A stretch of DNA of 64,000 bases from the human T2T-CHM13v2.0 reference genome, Homo sapiens. The position numbers and the translations under genes were made by a program. The stretch's first letter is position 1. Each line of letters opens with the position of its first letter. Under the pieces are notes generated by a model, which was given only the letters and a program-made list of their open reading frames with translations, was not told where the DNA came from and made no database searches. Below, piece after piece: positions 1 to 14,779 of this stretch. The stretch lies in assembly GCF_009914755.1 (NCBI RefSeq), contig NC_060938.1. One strand, given 5' to 3'.

Positions 1-242
1 TACAATCATGGCAGAAGGTGAAGGAGAAGCAAGGCACATCTTACATGGCAGCAGGAGAGAGAATGAAGGGGGACGTGCCACACTTTTAAACCATCAGATA
101 TCATGAGAACTCACTATCATGAGAACAGCAAGGGGGTATCTTTCCCCGTGATCCTATCACCTCCCACCAGGCCCCTCCTCTGACACATGGGGTTTACAAT
201 TTGCGATGAGATTTGGGTGGGGACACAGAGCCAACCATATCA
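1..242 (-). mobile_element. MST-type MaLR LTR (MSTA/MSTB-like), cut by the window start
   Basis: Ends GAGATTTGGGTGGGGACACAGAGCCAACCATATCA, the reverse complement of the MST/THE1 LTR start. The interior (ACAATCATGGCAGAAGGTGAAGGAGAAGCAAGGCAC) is typical of MST. Confidence 0.85.
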
Positions 243-838
243 GTTCTCTATTCTGTTCCACTGGTCTATATGCCTGTTTTTGTACCAGTACCATGCTGTT
301 TTGGTTACTATAGCCCTGTTGTGTAGTTTGAAGTTGAGTAGTGTGATGCCTCCAGCTTTGTTCTTTTTGCTTAGCCTTGGCTACTCAGACTTTTTTGGTT
401 CCATATGAATTTTAAAAGTTTTTTTATTTAGTTCTGTGAAGAATCTCAATGGTAGCTTAAAAGGAATAGCATTGAATCTATAAATTGCTTTGGGCAGTAT
501 GGCCATTTTAACAATATTGTTTTTTCCTATCCATGTGCATGGAATGTTTTTCCATTTGTTTGTGTCATCTCTGATTTCCTTGAGCAGTATTTTGTAGTTC
601 TCCTTGTGGAGATCTTTCACTTCCCTGTTAGCTGTATTCCTAGGTATTTTGTTCTTTTTGTGGCAATTGTGAATGGGAGTACATTCCCAATTTGGCTCTA
701 GGCTTGACTGTTGTTGGTGTATGGGTGATTTTTGCACAATGATTTTGTATCCTGAGACTTTGCTGAAGTTGTTTATCAGCTTAAGGAGTTTGCGACTGAG
801 ACTACGGGGTTTTCTAGATGTAGGATCATGTTGCTTAT
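243..838 (-). mobile_element. LINE-1 ORF2 fragment
   Basis: ORF 381-737(-) reads EVKDLHKENYKILLKEIRDDTNKWKNIPCTWIGK...LPKAIYRFNAIP, which is L1 ORF2p downstream of the RT domain. Confidence 0.92.
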
Positions 839-1176
839 GACAGTTTATTGGATGGAAATCTCATATGTCATAGTATTATATAACCTGGAGACACATTGCT
901 TATTGTGATTAAATTTTCTCTGGAGAAAAGAAATATAGCGAATTAGAAAATGTTATTCCCTGCTCATTGGAAAGGGACTAGTCCTCAGTCATAGGGACAC
1001 TTGTGAACTACTGAAGAAAAATGAGGATGGAGAATTACTTGTTTTTTGAGGTATGCTCTATCTGAGGTCAGCTTGGCTTTGCCTGATCACTTTCAGTTTG
1101 AGGGTGTGGATTAATTGTCTCAGTCTAGGCTCTATGAGGAGAACCCACATTTTCATGCTTTTTTATCCTTCTCTAG

Positions 1177-1936
<760 letters not shown>

Positions 1937-3779
1937 TCAATATTTTAACAATCAGTATGACTGTATTTGTTTATATCAGCTGGACTTCTATAAGTTCTGC
2001 TGTAGTCCATGAGACTATAAGTTGCCTAAGACCAAAGTTGCAGTTTGCTTTACAGTTTAGATTCACACTGAAGGCCGTATTTTGTGTTTGTCTCATCACA
2101 ATACTTTTTGTTCCATTAAGATGGACACAAATTTTGGGTATCGTAGAGCTGAATGGAAAGAGTTACTGTTGTAGAAGGAGGGGCTACTGGAAAAAATGGG
2201 TCAAGGGGGAAAGCATTGGCTATCAATCATTCATCCCAGCAGAGATTTCAACAGAAATTTAATCAGTCAGTCTCATAGCGATTGCAGAACTCTTAGGCAC
2301 AGTTCAGACTAAATCAGGGTGTAGAGGGAGGCCAGCTGCTTTTGATAAATGACTCGACATGGCTGAGTGTTCTACAAAATGCAACCTTCAGTACCGCGAG
2401 CCTGCACAGATGATGTCATGGACACTTCAAATGGATGAAGGCTAATGGATCAAAAGCAGAACCTGATGCCAAAAAAATGGCTTCACTGAGTGAGAACTCA
2501 GGGATGAAGTTACTCCGTTACGCAAGGGATTCAGCAGTCTTTTCCTCAAGGTCTTAGTTTGTGGCAAAACTCCATTTTATTTAGCTTTAACCAGAAAACA
2601 CTAAATGTTCTTAAACTTTTTCTTGACTAATGGATTTGATACACTTAAGTATTTTCTTTATCTAAATTTTCCAAGGCAGATAATTGCTCTAAGGATTGTT
2701 AACATTAAAACAGGAGATTAAGGAGACTAGCTGGTAAATCCCAAACACTTGTAACCCTTGACAAAATTCGGTATGCTTGGTGATCTCTACCAACATCTCA
2801 TCAAGTATGCATGCGTCTAGGTGGAAGATTTGTCTTGGGAAGATGAGTGTCAACGTTTAACCTTTCAAATGTGTGGCAGGATTCTCAGGTGGATTTGCTC
2901 CACAGAGTAGGTAGATGAATAATATATACAATGATTACCAGAGTGGACAAAAGCCTGGAAAGACTTGTTGAATGTAGTTTATGATGTTAGAAAAGTGAAT
3001 TTCCCTAGACATTCGTTCAGCCTCTAGTTCTTAGATGTTCAATTTTATTGTAAAAGAACAGATTACAGGAGATAATTCAAGAGTTGTGGTCATCTACTCA
3101 TTTTAAGACACAGGTCATACTAACTCTCACCTGGCTTACTTCATCTGTTTAGGATAGGGCTAGCTGAAATAATTGACAATAGTAGATGAGTTAGCCAGGA
3201 GACTAAATACAGGTGAAAGGATGACAGCGCTAGATCTTGACACAAATTACCTTAATGGCTGTGCAAATAGTAAGCTGGATACGATTTTTTGAAAACAAAC
3301 CAAGCTAAACAATCCATTGAAGTGCTCTCTTCCATCTATACCCAGAAACAGCAATTTAGCTTTTGGGAGACTTGGTAAAATAGTAGCTTGGACTAGTGCC
3401 CAGAACTCTCCAAGATAATGTAAAAGGAGAGTGTGTGTCTTGGACCAGAGCCATTTCCCTAGAAGATGCAAAGCCAGGCAGGGAGTCTTGGAAGGGTCCT
3501 TCCTTATTAAATAGAATTCTCCTCTGTATATGCCTTAGCAACTGCTGGTCTTCAAGGAGAAAGTGGATTCTAAGCTCTTCACCCTGAATAAAGTTTAACT
3601 GAGCTGCTCTAGAGCACAAGCATCGTGTGGCATCTTAGATTCCCATGACTGCCACTTTCCTTCTCTCTTGCTTGGTGTCCCACCCTCCTCATTGCCCCTT
3701 CATTTTCGGGCTTGGATAAAACACTGCTTTCCAGGGGTAAGATCTGGAGTCTTGAGACTCCTGAGGAGCTGATAGTGCA

Positions 3780-4170
3780 ATCAAGAAGGGAGTAGGTGTT
3801 CACTCCTCACAGGGTGAGACTTGACCATTAGGAAATGGGAGATGAGAGAGAGCTGGGCAGTCAGACTTCTTCATTCTTTCTTCCACGGACTACTCTGAGA
3901 TGCAGTTCCTCTGCACAGCACTTCTTGAGAAGTCCCATGTACCATGCACACATGCCTGTTGAGTGACCTGCTGGGTCTCTTTCTGGGTCATGGGGATGGT
4001 GGAGGTGGAAGAGAGGGGGTAGCAAAGTGTACCATACTGCAATGCAACTGTACCTTAACTCATTTTCTTTTCTTCTTTCTCTTGCTGCCCTGGGCTTACA
4101 TCTCCCCAAAATAGTATTGGCACCTTAAATCCTTGTCCCAGCCTCTACTTTCTAGATTACCTAGGCTGTT
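3780..4170 (+). mobile_element. Old ERVL LTR (LTR33/LTR16-like)
   Basis: The 3' part GCACCTTAAATCCTTGTCCCAGCCTCTACTTTCTAG resembles the LTR33/LTR16 terminus. Boundaries approximate. Confidence 0.45.
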
Positions 4171-6499
4171 AGATACCAGACTAATCATTAAATATTTGAC
4201 CAGCTCATTAATGGATTGGCCTAACCAATATGTGATACTATCCTTCCTAAGATCTGACTGAAAACTGATTTAAGTCTTTTTCATACTTATGGTTTAGATT
4301 TGTGCAATAACAATCAGTATCAGCCCTTCTCAACCAGCATTCCAGATAACTAAGCCCTAACATCCCAAGGCACCTATTGTGTGTAATGAATTAATTTCTC
4401 TTCTGTGCACACAGAATGTATCATCCCTGAGAGAATTGAGAAGACAGTTACTCAAATCATTCTTTGTAGGCCTTAATTCTTTTGAGGAATCCTGGTTGTC
4501 AAGAGCTGGTCTAAATATTTTCCTGAGATTGTTTTTATTCACATTGTTACCAGACAAGAAATGTATATTTAACTTATTTATAAGTTTTTCAACTCTAATC
4601 TTTGTTTGGCTTAAGTAACAAAGGAAGTGAATTACATGATTATCTCTTACACAATAAATATTTGAATACCAACTAAGAGCTAGGTCTTAGGAAAACTGGA
4701 GATGGCTGAGGCTTGTTATCTGTCTTCCTGGAGCTCAGAGTCTAGTGGGAATTAATGTAGACAAATATCACACTATGTGTACTGTAACAGAGGTATATAG
4801 AAAGTAACCTAAGGACTGAGGACACAGATAATATTCTCTTTTCAAGTCATGCATAGCATATGTAACTTTGTTGTATCTTAGAAAACATAACTAAATAAAC
4901 CAAATAAATGTAAAATAATTAAATATTAAAATAAAATAAAATATTAAAATGAAATAAACTTAGAAAACATACCTAAAATAAACCAGCTGTAAGAAAACTG
5001 TGATGAAATTTTCTTGATCATTCGTATTACAACAATTTTTCTGGGTTCTCCAAAAAAGAAAAAACCCTTAGTTCTTACATGATATCAAATAGGAAAAGAA
5101 GCTGAAACTTGCTAAAACATTCAGTCTTGAGTCCACCAGCTAGGTTACTAATAACAAAGTTTTCTCTCAGTGTATTATTTTTCTGACACTTCTCATAAAA
5201 AGAGAGGTAGACTATCAAAAGTTCTATGTAATGTTTTTTGTATTGCTATAAACAAATAGTGCATGGGAATTTATATGACAGCCTGCATTCAAGTGATTCC
5301 TGATTTTGTATTTTACAACACTGGAAGGCTAGAAGTTTAGTGCCAGTCTAAAGAGTAGCTGCCATTTGTCAAAGAAGCAAGTCTTCAAAAATTTTTGATA
5401 AGTGAGGGTCCATTTAAACTCTGCTCTCATATGTATATCTATGAAAATTACTCTGCTAGTTCTAAGGTAGCAGTCTATCACTAACATTTGCAATTTTGGA
5501 AAATAATCCAAAGAATTAAAAATTATATGAGTGGTCTAATTGAATCCCTTAAGGGGACTTGGTCTGGGATAATGGCCTTGTTAACTTGCAGGCCTTCAAG
5601 GAAAGGTGGGTTTAGTTGTAAAAAAAAGTGCTGTTTTTTTAAAAAACAGTAAAGACTAATTTCGGATAATTTTTCAGATGACAGAGATTAGAAATCTGAC
5701 ATTTACAAATTAAAATTATATTGCAAAGGTAATGAGAATGAATGTTTTAATTTCAAATGTGATGAAAAGTTTTTTAGAATTAAGAGAAGAAAGTAGGGAC
5801 AGATTTTTGTATTGGGGCACAACTTCATTCTTGGATTTTAAAATGAAAACATTAAGATTTTATCATAAGCTTTGTTGAAAATCTGCCAGAAGCACTATTT
5901 TTTTTTAAATGCCCTAGAAGAGGGGATAGAAATCAAAACTCTGTAGTTTGAACTCTTTAGTTTGAAACTCATCCTTCTAAAATTCTCTAGCAAGCCATCT
6001 AGGAGACAACTATTTAGAGTTATCTGGATTTTCTGTGTGGAGTCAAAGCTTCTGTTCTTTGGGCTGCGTATTTTGCCTTTCTAGTCAGCCTTGCCCTTGA
6101 ATCAATAAGAGTTCACAGAAGGAAATGTTCAGGGCTCTCTTGGTCATGAGCCAAGGATAGCTGTGCCGGCGAAACAAAACAAATCCTCAACAAGAATGTG
6201 TAAACAAAAATCATCTGACTAATGCCTGGTACAAAATGATGGCTGGCATTTGTACTTTTGGTTGAATTTTGCGCAAAGGAGCAAAATATTTTGCTTTTGT
6301 TACCCCTTTTTTCCATTGAGCTCTCTGGAGGAGTATCATTAATTTGGAATTCAGGGCTGAGATGGGGTTAGGGTGTCTTTTGCAAGTAATTTTTTCCCTA
6401 GTGTAACTTTATCTTCCTTTGTTTGCTTCTATTTGAGATTATTAGGAAACCATTCCTTGTTCAGAAAAAAACAGAGTCCTGCCTAGACCTCCTGATTTT

Positions 6500-7678
6500 T
6501 TTAAGGTTTATTAATTTATTAATTTTTTATTTGTATACATTTATGGGGTGCAAGAATAATTTTGTTTCATGCGTAGATTGCGCAGTGGTAAAGTCAGGGC
6601 TTTTAGGGTATCCATCATCCAAATAATGTACATTGTACCCATCAAGTAATTTCTCATTATCTCCCTTCCTACTCCCTCACCCTTCTGAGACTCCATAGTC
6701 TATCAGTCCACACTCTATTCCATGCATACACATTATTTAGCTTCTACTTACAAGTGAGAACATGTGCTATTTGTCTTTCTCCGTCTGACTTGCTTCACTT
6801 CAGGTAATGGCCCCCAGTTGCATTCATATTACTGCAAAAGACATGATTTTGATCTTTTTTATGGATGAATAGTACTCCATTGTGTATATATACCACATTT
6901 TCTTTATCCAATCATCTGTTGATGGCACTTAAGTTGATTCCATATCTTTGCTATTGTGAATAGTGCTGCAATAGACATATAACTTCAAGTATCTTTTTGA
7001 TATAATGATTTCTTTTCCTTTGGGTAGATACCTAGTAGTGGGATTGCTGTATTGCATAGTAGTTCTATTTTTAGTTCTTTGAGAAATCTCCGTACTGTTT
7101 TCCATAGAAGTTATACTAATTTACATTCCTACTAACAGTATATTTTGTTTTGTCTACATCGTCGCCAACATCTGTTATTTTTTGTCTTTTTAATAATAGG
7201 TATTCTGACTGGTGTAAGATATCTCATTGTTGTTTCAGTTTGCATTTTTCTGATGATTAATGATGAGCTTTTTTTTTCAGAAGCCTGTTGGCCATATGTA
7301 TGTCTTCTTTTGAAAAATATCTATTCATGTCCTTTGCCCAATTTTTAACGGAATTATTTGTGAGTTTTTTTGTTGAGTTGTTTGAGTTTTATAAATTCTG
7401 GATATTAGTCTTCTGTTGGATGCATAGTTTGCAAATATTTTCTCTCATTCTGCAGGTTGTTCACTCTGTTGATTATTTCTTTGGCTGTGCAGAAGCTTTT
7501 TAGCTTAAGTAAGCCTCAACTTTCTATTTTAATTTTTGTTGCCTATGCTTTTGAGGCTTTAGTCATGAATTCTTTGCCTAGACCAATGTCTGGAAGAATT
7601 TTCCCTAGGTTTTCTTCTAGTATTTTTATAGTTTCAGGTCTTACAGTTAAGTCTTTAATCCATCTTGAGTTGATTTTT
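6500..7678 (-). mobile_element. L1MA 3' end (3' UTR and ORF2 C-terminus)
   Basis: T-rich tail followed by the antisense L1MA 3' UTR (GTCAGGGCTTTTAGGGTATCCATC) and ORF2 C-terminus (GTGCAGAAGCTTTTTAG, CCATCTTGAGTTGATTTT). Confidence 0.9.
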
Positions 7679-8200
7679 CGATCTGATTTCTCATCCCCGT
7701 GAACTGACAGAAGCCATGGAACACCTCTAGGCCCTCAGTGGAAGTTGAGAACAAACAGCAGGCACAGGAGATGAATGGTACTCAGGGAGCAAACTTTTGA
7801 CTAATATTGACTCATCTATGTTTAATAGTCATATCAATTGCATTTTAATGAGCATATACTATGTGATAGGTGCTGTCATAATTGCTTCAGAAGAACAACT
7901 TAAATTATATTGTGCCTTACTGTATGCTATATACTGTTTGAAAGTACACAGCATAAATGCCTAACATTTATTAACTCCTATAAGCTCCATAACCCTCTGA
8001 AATAGATGATATTATTACTCCCATTAAAGAGTGTAACCTTCATGGGGACAGGGACGTTATTGCACTTACAGCACTCAACATGTACAAACTAAAAGACCCT
8101 ATTATACAGTTGTGGAAATGAGAGGCCAAGTGTATTGCTCTGGCCCAGGGCTTCTCAACCTCAGCACTAAGAACATTAGTTTTTAAGAACTAAAGACTAA

Positions 8201-8467
8201 GGCTGGTGAATAGAGCCATCACGGTGGTAGAGATGAGGTTATGCATGAGCTTAACATTAAGAACTCCCACTTACCACAGCAGATCTACACTGCCACAGCA
8301 CATGTTCAACTGCCAGAAACAGAGACTATCACTTGAGAAGAGCAACCAGTCTCTTGGTAGCACATGGACTTTTCGTACGCTGAAGGGGCAGTGTTTATTT
8401 TGACAGATATCCACACTTAATCCAAGAATGAGTTTGCCTTATCTGCCTTCAGGGCTTCAGCTAGCAC
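8201..8467 (+). mobile_element. Decayed ERV-L/MaLR-type integrase fragment
   Basis: Reading across frameshifts gives HGGRD-GYA*A..LPLTTADL..CS-CQKQR..KGQ..IHT*SKNEFALSAFRASAS, matching the recalled ERV-L integrase HGGRDGGYAWA..LPLTKADL..CPICQQQR..KGQRF..IDTYSGYGFAYPARNASA. Confidence 0.7.
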
Positions 8468-9329
8468 ATTTTCTTGAGATTTCTTTGATATGTTTGAAGC
8501 AGCATAAGGCTGAGCAGGGGCAAGAACCATGGAGAATATCTACTTTTTAACTTGCATATGGATGTCAAGGATTTGTTACTCCCTCAGGAGAACACAAGTA
8601 TCTGTTTAAATTTCTATCATGGGCTGAGATAATTGGATAAAATGTCATGGGCCACTAGTTATATTTAAGTTAGCAATCACACTCTGCAACACACCACAAA
8701 CATTGGTGGTAGCGATCGTTACTAACTAAAGTTGGAAAGAAAGGAGGAAGAACAGGTTTCAAAGAAAAAGTTCTTTCAAAATTTGAAGGCTTCTCCATGT
8801 CATAGCTGTAGGAAGCAAAAGGGAAATGTGGGAAAAACAGATTGCACTGGGAAGTTGGACTGGAGAAGAGGACAAAGTGGAGTCTGAGCTATGAAGCCAA
8901 TCTCTTGGGACTCTCCAGCTCATATTCAATTTTCTGTTTCAAGGTTTGAATGGGGGTCCCAATCTTTGGGGATCCTGCTCCAGATGGACATGCAAGGAAC
9001 ATGAAGTAACAAAGGATAGTGTGTTTGGGTAGTGGAGAGGCTGAAGGCCTGAGAGTGTGTTTGGGGAGGATATTTTATGTAAAATGTATGTTTTCTAGGA
9101 AGAAGGGGCATAGTTTTTATCTATTGAAGCTTTTTAAAGCAATTTTTCTCTATTAAAAGCCATTGGCCTGAACAGTAAGAATCAGGATTATTCTGGGCAA
9201 AAAACATCCTTCATGATTTGTTTTCAGTTTGCCTTTCCAGCATTTACCCTTTCTTCATGCTACTGTTTGCTGATGATAATGACCTAACTCATCATTTTCA
9301 CACTGTTTTCTCCTCCCCATGCTTCCACA

Positions 9330-9630
9330 AGGCCATTCTTGTCTGGAATGCCTTTCTCTCCTATCCGCTTCAGAGAATATCTCCTCATCTTTCAGAGAGC
9401 CAGATGAGCTGTCGTTTTTTTCCAGATGGCCTTCCTCAGTGCCCAGAGAGAGTTGGCTGGTCCTCCTTTGTAGCCACCTCTGTTGTATGCCTGATAAAGT
9501 GGCATTCACTTGATTTGTTATAGGCCTGTTTCCTTCACAGGTAAGTTTCTTAGGCTGGGGGCTGCCTTATTTTCTTTCTATGCTTCAGTGCTTGGCAGAT
9601 AGCAGGTGACATAATAAACACTTATTGAGA
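9330..9630 (+). mobile_element. L2 3' fragment
   Basis: GTCTGGAATGCCTTTCTC...CAGTGCTTGGCAGATAGCAGGTGACATAATAAACACTTATTGA resembles the L2 3' end. Confidence 0.55.
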
Positions 9631-10267
9631 GTGTGAATTTAGAAATGAGTCACTCTGGAGGTGGCTGATCAGATGTCTTCTGTGTAACTTACAAAAAAGA
9701 AAAACATTTTTGGAAGTGTAGTAGAAGTTTGAGTTTCTGCAGGGAAGAAGTGTAATAAGTATATGTAAAATAAGTGTTATATAACATGATAGGAAATATT
9801 TTCTAGGGAATCTAAGACCAAGATAGAAACCCATCTGTCCCTGCTGACAGAGACACAGTCTGGCTCATGTTTTCTTTTCTATGATTTTGTAATTTAGGAT
9901 TTAAATCCCATAAAGTGAACAGCTGACAAACTAGACAAATGTCAGAATACCGATAATAAGCAAAAAACCCAAACACTTTCTTTATTTTGCCTTCTCTCCA
10001 TTGTGTCACTCAGTCAACTATTTCCACCCTGAAGTGTTGGTCACATTAAAGGACAAGGACATGAATAGATGCTTGTGAAGGGTTGTATGTTTTGGTAGAG
10101 GAAGCATTCTATTTTTCTTTTTTTTCCTTGGGCTAGAGGCAACATTTTTTTTTTTAGATCTCATATTTTTAATTTATGAGGTATTGTTTGTGTTCATTTT
10201 CTTCAACATTTCCAAAACCTCACAAATTTAGATGAAGTTAAACTACTATAAAAGTGAAATATCATAG

Positions 10268-10675
<408 letters not shown>

Positions 10676-11454
10676 TAGTTATGCTTTAATAAATACATGA
10701 CTCATTTTTTAAAAGCCTAAATCCTTTTATGTGCAAATAACCACTAATCACTATAAAAGTATTTAAAAATTTAGTTCTCACAAGTAGGATTAATATGGCC
10801 TGTTATAACCTTAATATAATACATATGCTTATTTATAATAGATATTTGCTTAAACAGCTTCTTTTGCCATAGATGTTAAAGATATAAGCCTCAGCTCAAT
10901 TCTGGTCTAATTATTAAGAATTTAAAAAGAATGATTATTCAAGTGATTGAGTTTTCAACTGTACTTTGTTTATTTTAACTCCACTGTTTGCATTACATGA
11001 ACTATGGACTTGCATCAAGAAAGTAGTGTATATGTCTAGAAACATTTTGAATGCTGGGGGAAGAATTTGACCAGCAGGACGTCTTATTGTCTAAACAGTA
11101 TGAGGGCCTGTTTGCTTCATGGTGAGAAGATCTGCTTTCCTAACAGATTCTGAAGGTGGAGAACAGAAGGAGATGAAGGACTCTTGTCCTGCAGTGTAAG
11201 CAGATAATGGCACTTCAGCTGCTTCGATACACAGGCAGGAGGTTGGACTTAGCAATTTTTTTAGAGACTTCTTAGTTCTTAATATCTGTATCATTAGTTG
11301 ACAGATGGATTTCTGTCTGGAATCTTATTTCAAGAAAGCTGCCTCCTGCTAGATAATCTCCTTAAACTGTAATTGACAAATGGAATGAATTTCATTTTCC
11401 TAAATTTTAGATGAATATACTAAAATGTTATCCATGCCTTCAATCTGTGGAGCC

Positions 11455-11550
11455 CATTCTTTTAATAAATATTTATTGAGCATTTACTATGTGCCAAAGA
11501 TTCTGCTAGGAACTGGGATAAAGTGGAGAATAAGAAGGATACTATCCTTA
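11455..11550 (-). mobile_element. L2 3' end fragment
   Basis: AATAAATATTTATTGAGCATTTACTATGTGCCA...TGCTAGGAACTGGGATA. Confidence 0.65.
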
Positions 11551-11939
11551 TTCTTCAGTGATAGCAACAAACCAGGATTTGAGTGCAAAGACTCTTACAA
11601 TAATTTTTTTGTGTGTTTATCAAAATTCTGTTCTTGTTCTCTTTACCATTTTAGGTGAAAAAAAGGGGAGATTTTTCTAGGATGTGGTAACTTTTTTTTC
11701 TCTATAAAAAGTACAGTCAACCTCTCCAGTTAACTTTTTCAGACCACAGCTTCTCAACTTGGAAATAGTCACAACTGAGGTCAGACAGAAATTCTCTTTG
11801 AATTTTGAAGGCCAGTTATTACAGATATGTCCAATAAACCACAGTCCAACTTCTCAGCCCAGACTTTGGGACTTTATGGCTGATGGTAAGAGAACCTATC
11901 TTTATATTGTTCTCCTACGGAAACCCTGCGTGAGTCTCC

Positions 11940-12220
11940 TCACCGCTGGCCTGGCCTGCAGATTTCAGACTCCAGACCACAACATCTACTCTTATTGAAT
12001 TGCTAGCCTACCAGACTGCTCTGCAGATTTTGGACTTGCCAGCCCCCAGAATTTCATGAGACAATTCCTTAAAACAAATATACTTGTCTCTCTTTTTCTT
12101 TCTAAATATATGTATATGATACATATGAACATATATGTATATGTTCTATATGTATGTGTGATATATATACATATAACATTAGATATGATTGGTTTCGTTT
12201 CTGCAGAGAACTCTAATACA
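11940..12220 (+). mobile_element. MLT2 (ERVL) LTR, 3' part
   Basis: CTGCAGATTTTGGACTTGCCAGCCCCCA...AATTCCTTAAAA, a TA-rich tract, and terminus TTTCTGCAGAGAACTCTAATACA. Confidence 0.8.
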
Positions 12221-14433
12221 GGCAATCTGAAAGGGAACAGATATTTAGTATATTGTACTGGAAATACTCAGTGTCCTAATAGATTACATATATTTTGCTG
12301 AATTCCACTTAGAATCCACAAGAACATACTGCCAAAACCCTTTGTCTGGTGAGGAAAGCATGCAGGACACTGTCCTCAGTCCAAGACCTCTGCTTAAAAA
12401 TGTTGAAAGCATTGTCTGCCTGCCTCCATCTCCTGAGTCCTGTCCCATGGACCAGAAAAAGGTGATGCTCAGACCCTTATGCCATCTTGTGCTATCTTTG
12501 TCCCATCAGCAACCGCATGTGGCTGTCTGTGATAAGTAATCGAACAATTGCTTAGGGAAGTACATGTGCTAATGGTGCATGGCAGCTTTACAAACACTGT
12601 CTGTTTGAGTTAGACCTGAATTGTCCTCTGATTTAAAGATTCCACTGTGATTATCAGAGCCTTGGGGATGATGCTGGCCAGAAAGAATGTGCATGGCTAT
12701 TATTGTGCCAATTTTATAATTCATCTTTTAGTAATCTGTAACTGAAGAGCTGAATGGAATTTATCAAACCCTGCCTTGTTTCTCACTGGGGAACTTTCTG
12801 TGTTTTGTTACTGAGCCAAGGCTGAATGCAGCTGTTGGAGCTGTCACCAGCATTCTGGTTCACCCAAATATTGATAATAATTACTTCTGCTTCACATGGA
12901 AAGAATTTATTTAAATATCTGTAATGGAAAGACCGTTATTATTGGTATTACAACTTTACAGTGAGTACATCAAAATGTAGATATGACATTCATAAACTGT
13001 GTTTGCAAAAAGCTGTATCTGTCTCCTGCATAGTACACAGGACCCTGGGCTAGTATTGCTGCTCATCTGTTCTTCATAGAAATAGGGAGAAGTTATTACT
13101 AGAGAATAATTAAACCCACAGAAACGTCCAAATGTTGGCAGGCTGCAGCCATCCCCAACACCGCACAACAGCCTGTTATGATCAGCAAAATCCAATAGCC
13201 AGAGCTTTGAGCCTGAGGGGGTAAATAGCATAATGAATTTTCTTTACCCTGTCATTACTCCTCTCCTGGCTTTCCTAGATTACAGTCACAAGCAGGTCAC
13301 AGAGCATTTATGCACACTTCGTGCAAAGTGCTTTGGAGTGGAGGCTGGGTCTTGGTCTAACTGGTGGTGATCAATGTATCATTGCGAGGAATGAAAAGCT
13401 GCTTCTGACCCTTGCCAGCTACATCACTGGGAAGCCCTGTGCTAGCACAAGCCCATTGCCCCATATTTCCTCTTTGGGTTTTTCCTTTTCTGTTCTCCTT
13501 GCCTTCCCCTATTTGCTTGCTCTGGTGGTCTTCTGTCTCCTGAATCAAAATCTCTTTGTTCTTTATCACGTGAGACATGTTTGTTGCTCCAATTAAGATG
13601 ATTTTATTTCATAGGTAATGTCAGATCACCTCCAAGGGAATGTTTGAGTAGCCGCCTACTGTAGTGAGGACCTCAGCTGAGGCTTACTTGTATTCACAGC
13701 AATGGGTTGCCCTGTCTGTTTGCAGGGGCTAAGGAGATCTTGTGAGAAATACCCCTAGGGAGCAAGGACTTTTCTATCAAAGCCTTACTTGTCAGAGGGA
13801 AAGAGAAAGACTGAGTCTAGCCCTAGGGCTGTTATGAGACTGGAATCATAGCTTAGCTCCTGGAAGCATGTTTGGGCCTGGAGGAGAGAGAGAGCTGCAA
13901 GTAAAAATCATGCCATTATGTTCTGTGACAAATTAGGGCTCAGTGACATACTGTTTAGGGACCCATCCAGCAAAGTGTAACACAGAGGCGGCGAGCCCCC
14001 TCCCCCGCAGGAGAACCGTAGTGCCCAGAGCAACTTGGGGCCACAGCACTCTGCCCTGTCTGCCAAGGGGCCACCAGCAGAGGCCTGCTATGCCTCTGGA
14101 ACTGCAGAGCTCAGCCAAACAGGATGGCAATCCCTGGGGCAGTCCGAGTGCCACTGGAATATTCCTGAATTAATGGATAATATACCTTTGCCCTTGTCTG
14201 ACACATGTGGTCCATCTTGGATACTTAGTTCTTTCCTCCATGTATTGTGAGTCCTTGGCCAGGAGGGCTGAGCTAATTTCCTTAAGGAGGGCTTCTGGAT
14301 TTCCCAGGTGAATGCTGCATCCTGATCTTAGCTTAAAGCAGGAATAAGAATAGTTTTGCCTTATAACACAGATGAAGTCTAAAATTGGACCAGCTTTCCA
14401 ATAGCCTGTTTTCTAATAAAAAAGTTTGTTTTC

Positions 14434-14779
<346 letters not shown>

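Noticed and set aside
3131-3163. 33-nt minus-strand micro-exon (CTAAC...TTTCAG| ... CAG|GTGAGA)
   Set aside because: Weak pyrimidine tract; expected by chance in 64 kb.
9225-9546. Perfect donor CAG|GTAAGT at 9540/9541 with upstream acceptors
   Set aside because: Lies within an L2 relic, the acceptor is ambiguous and there is no other support.
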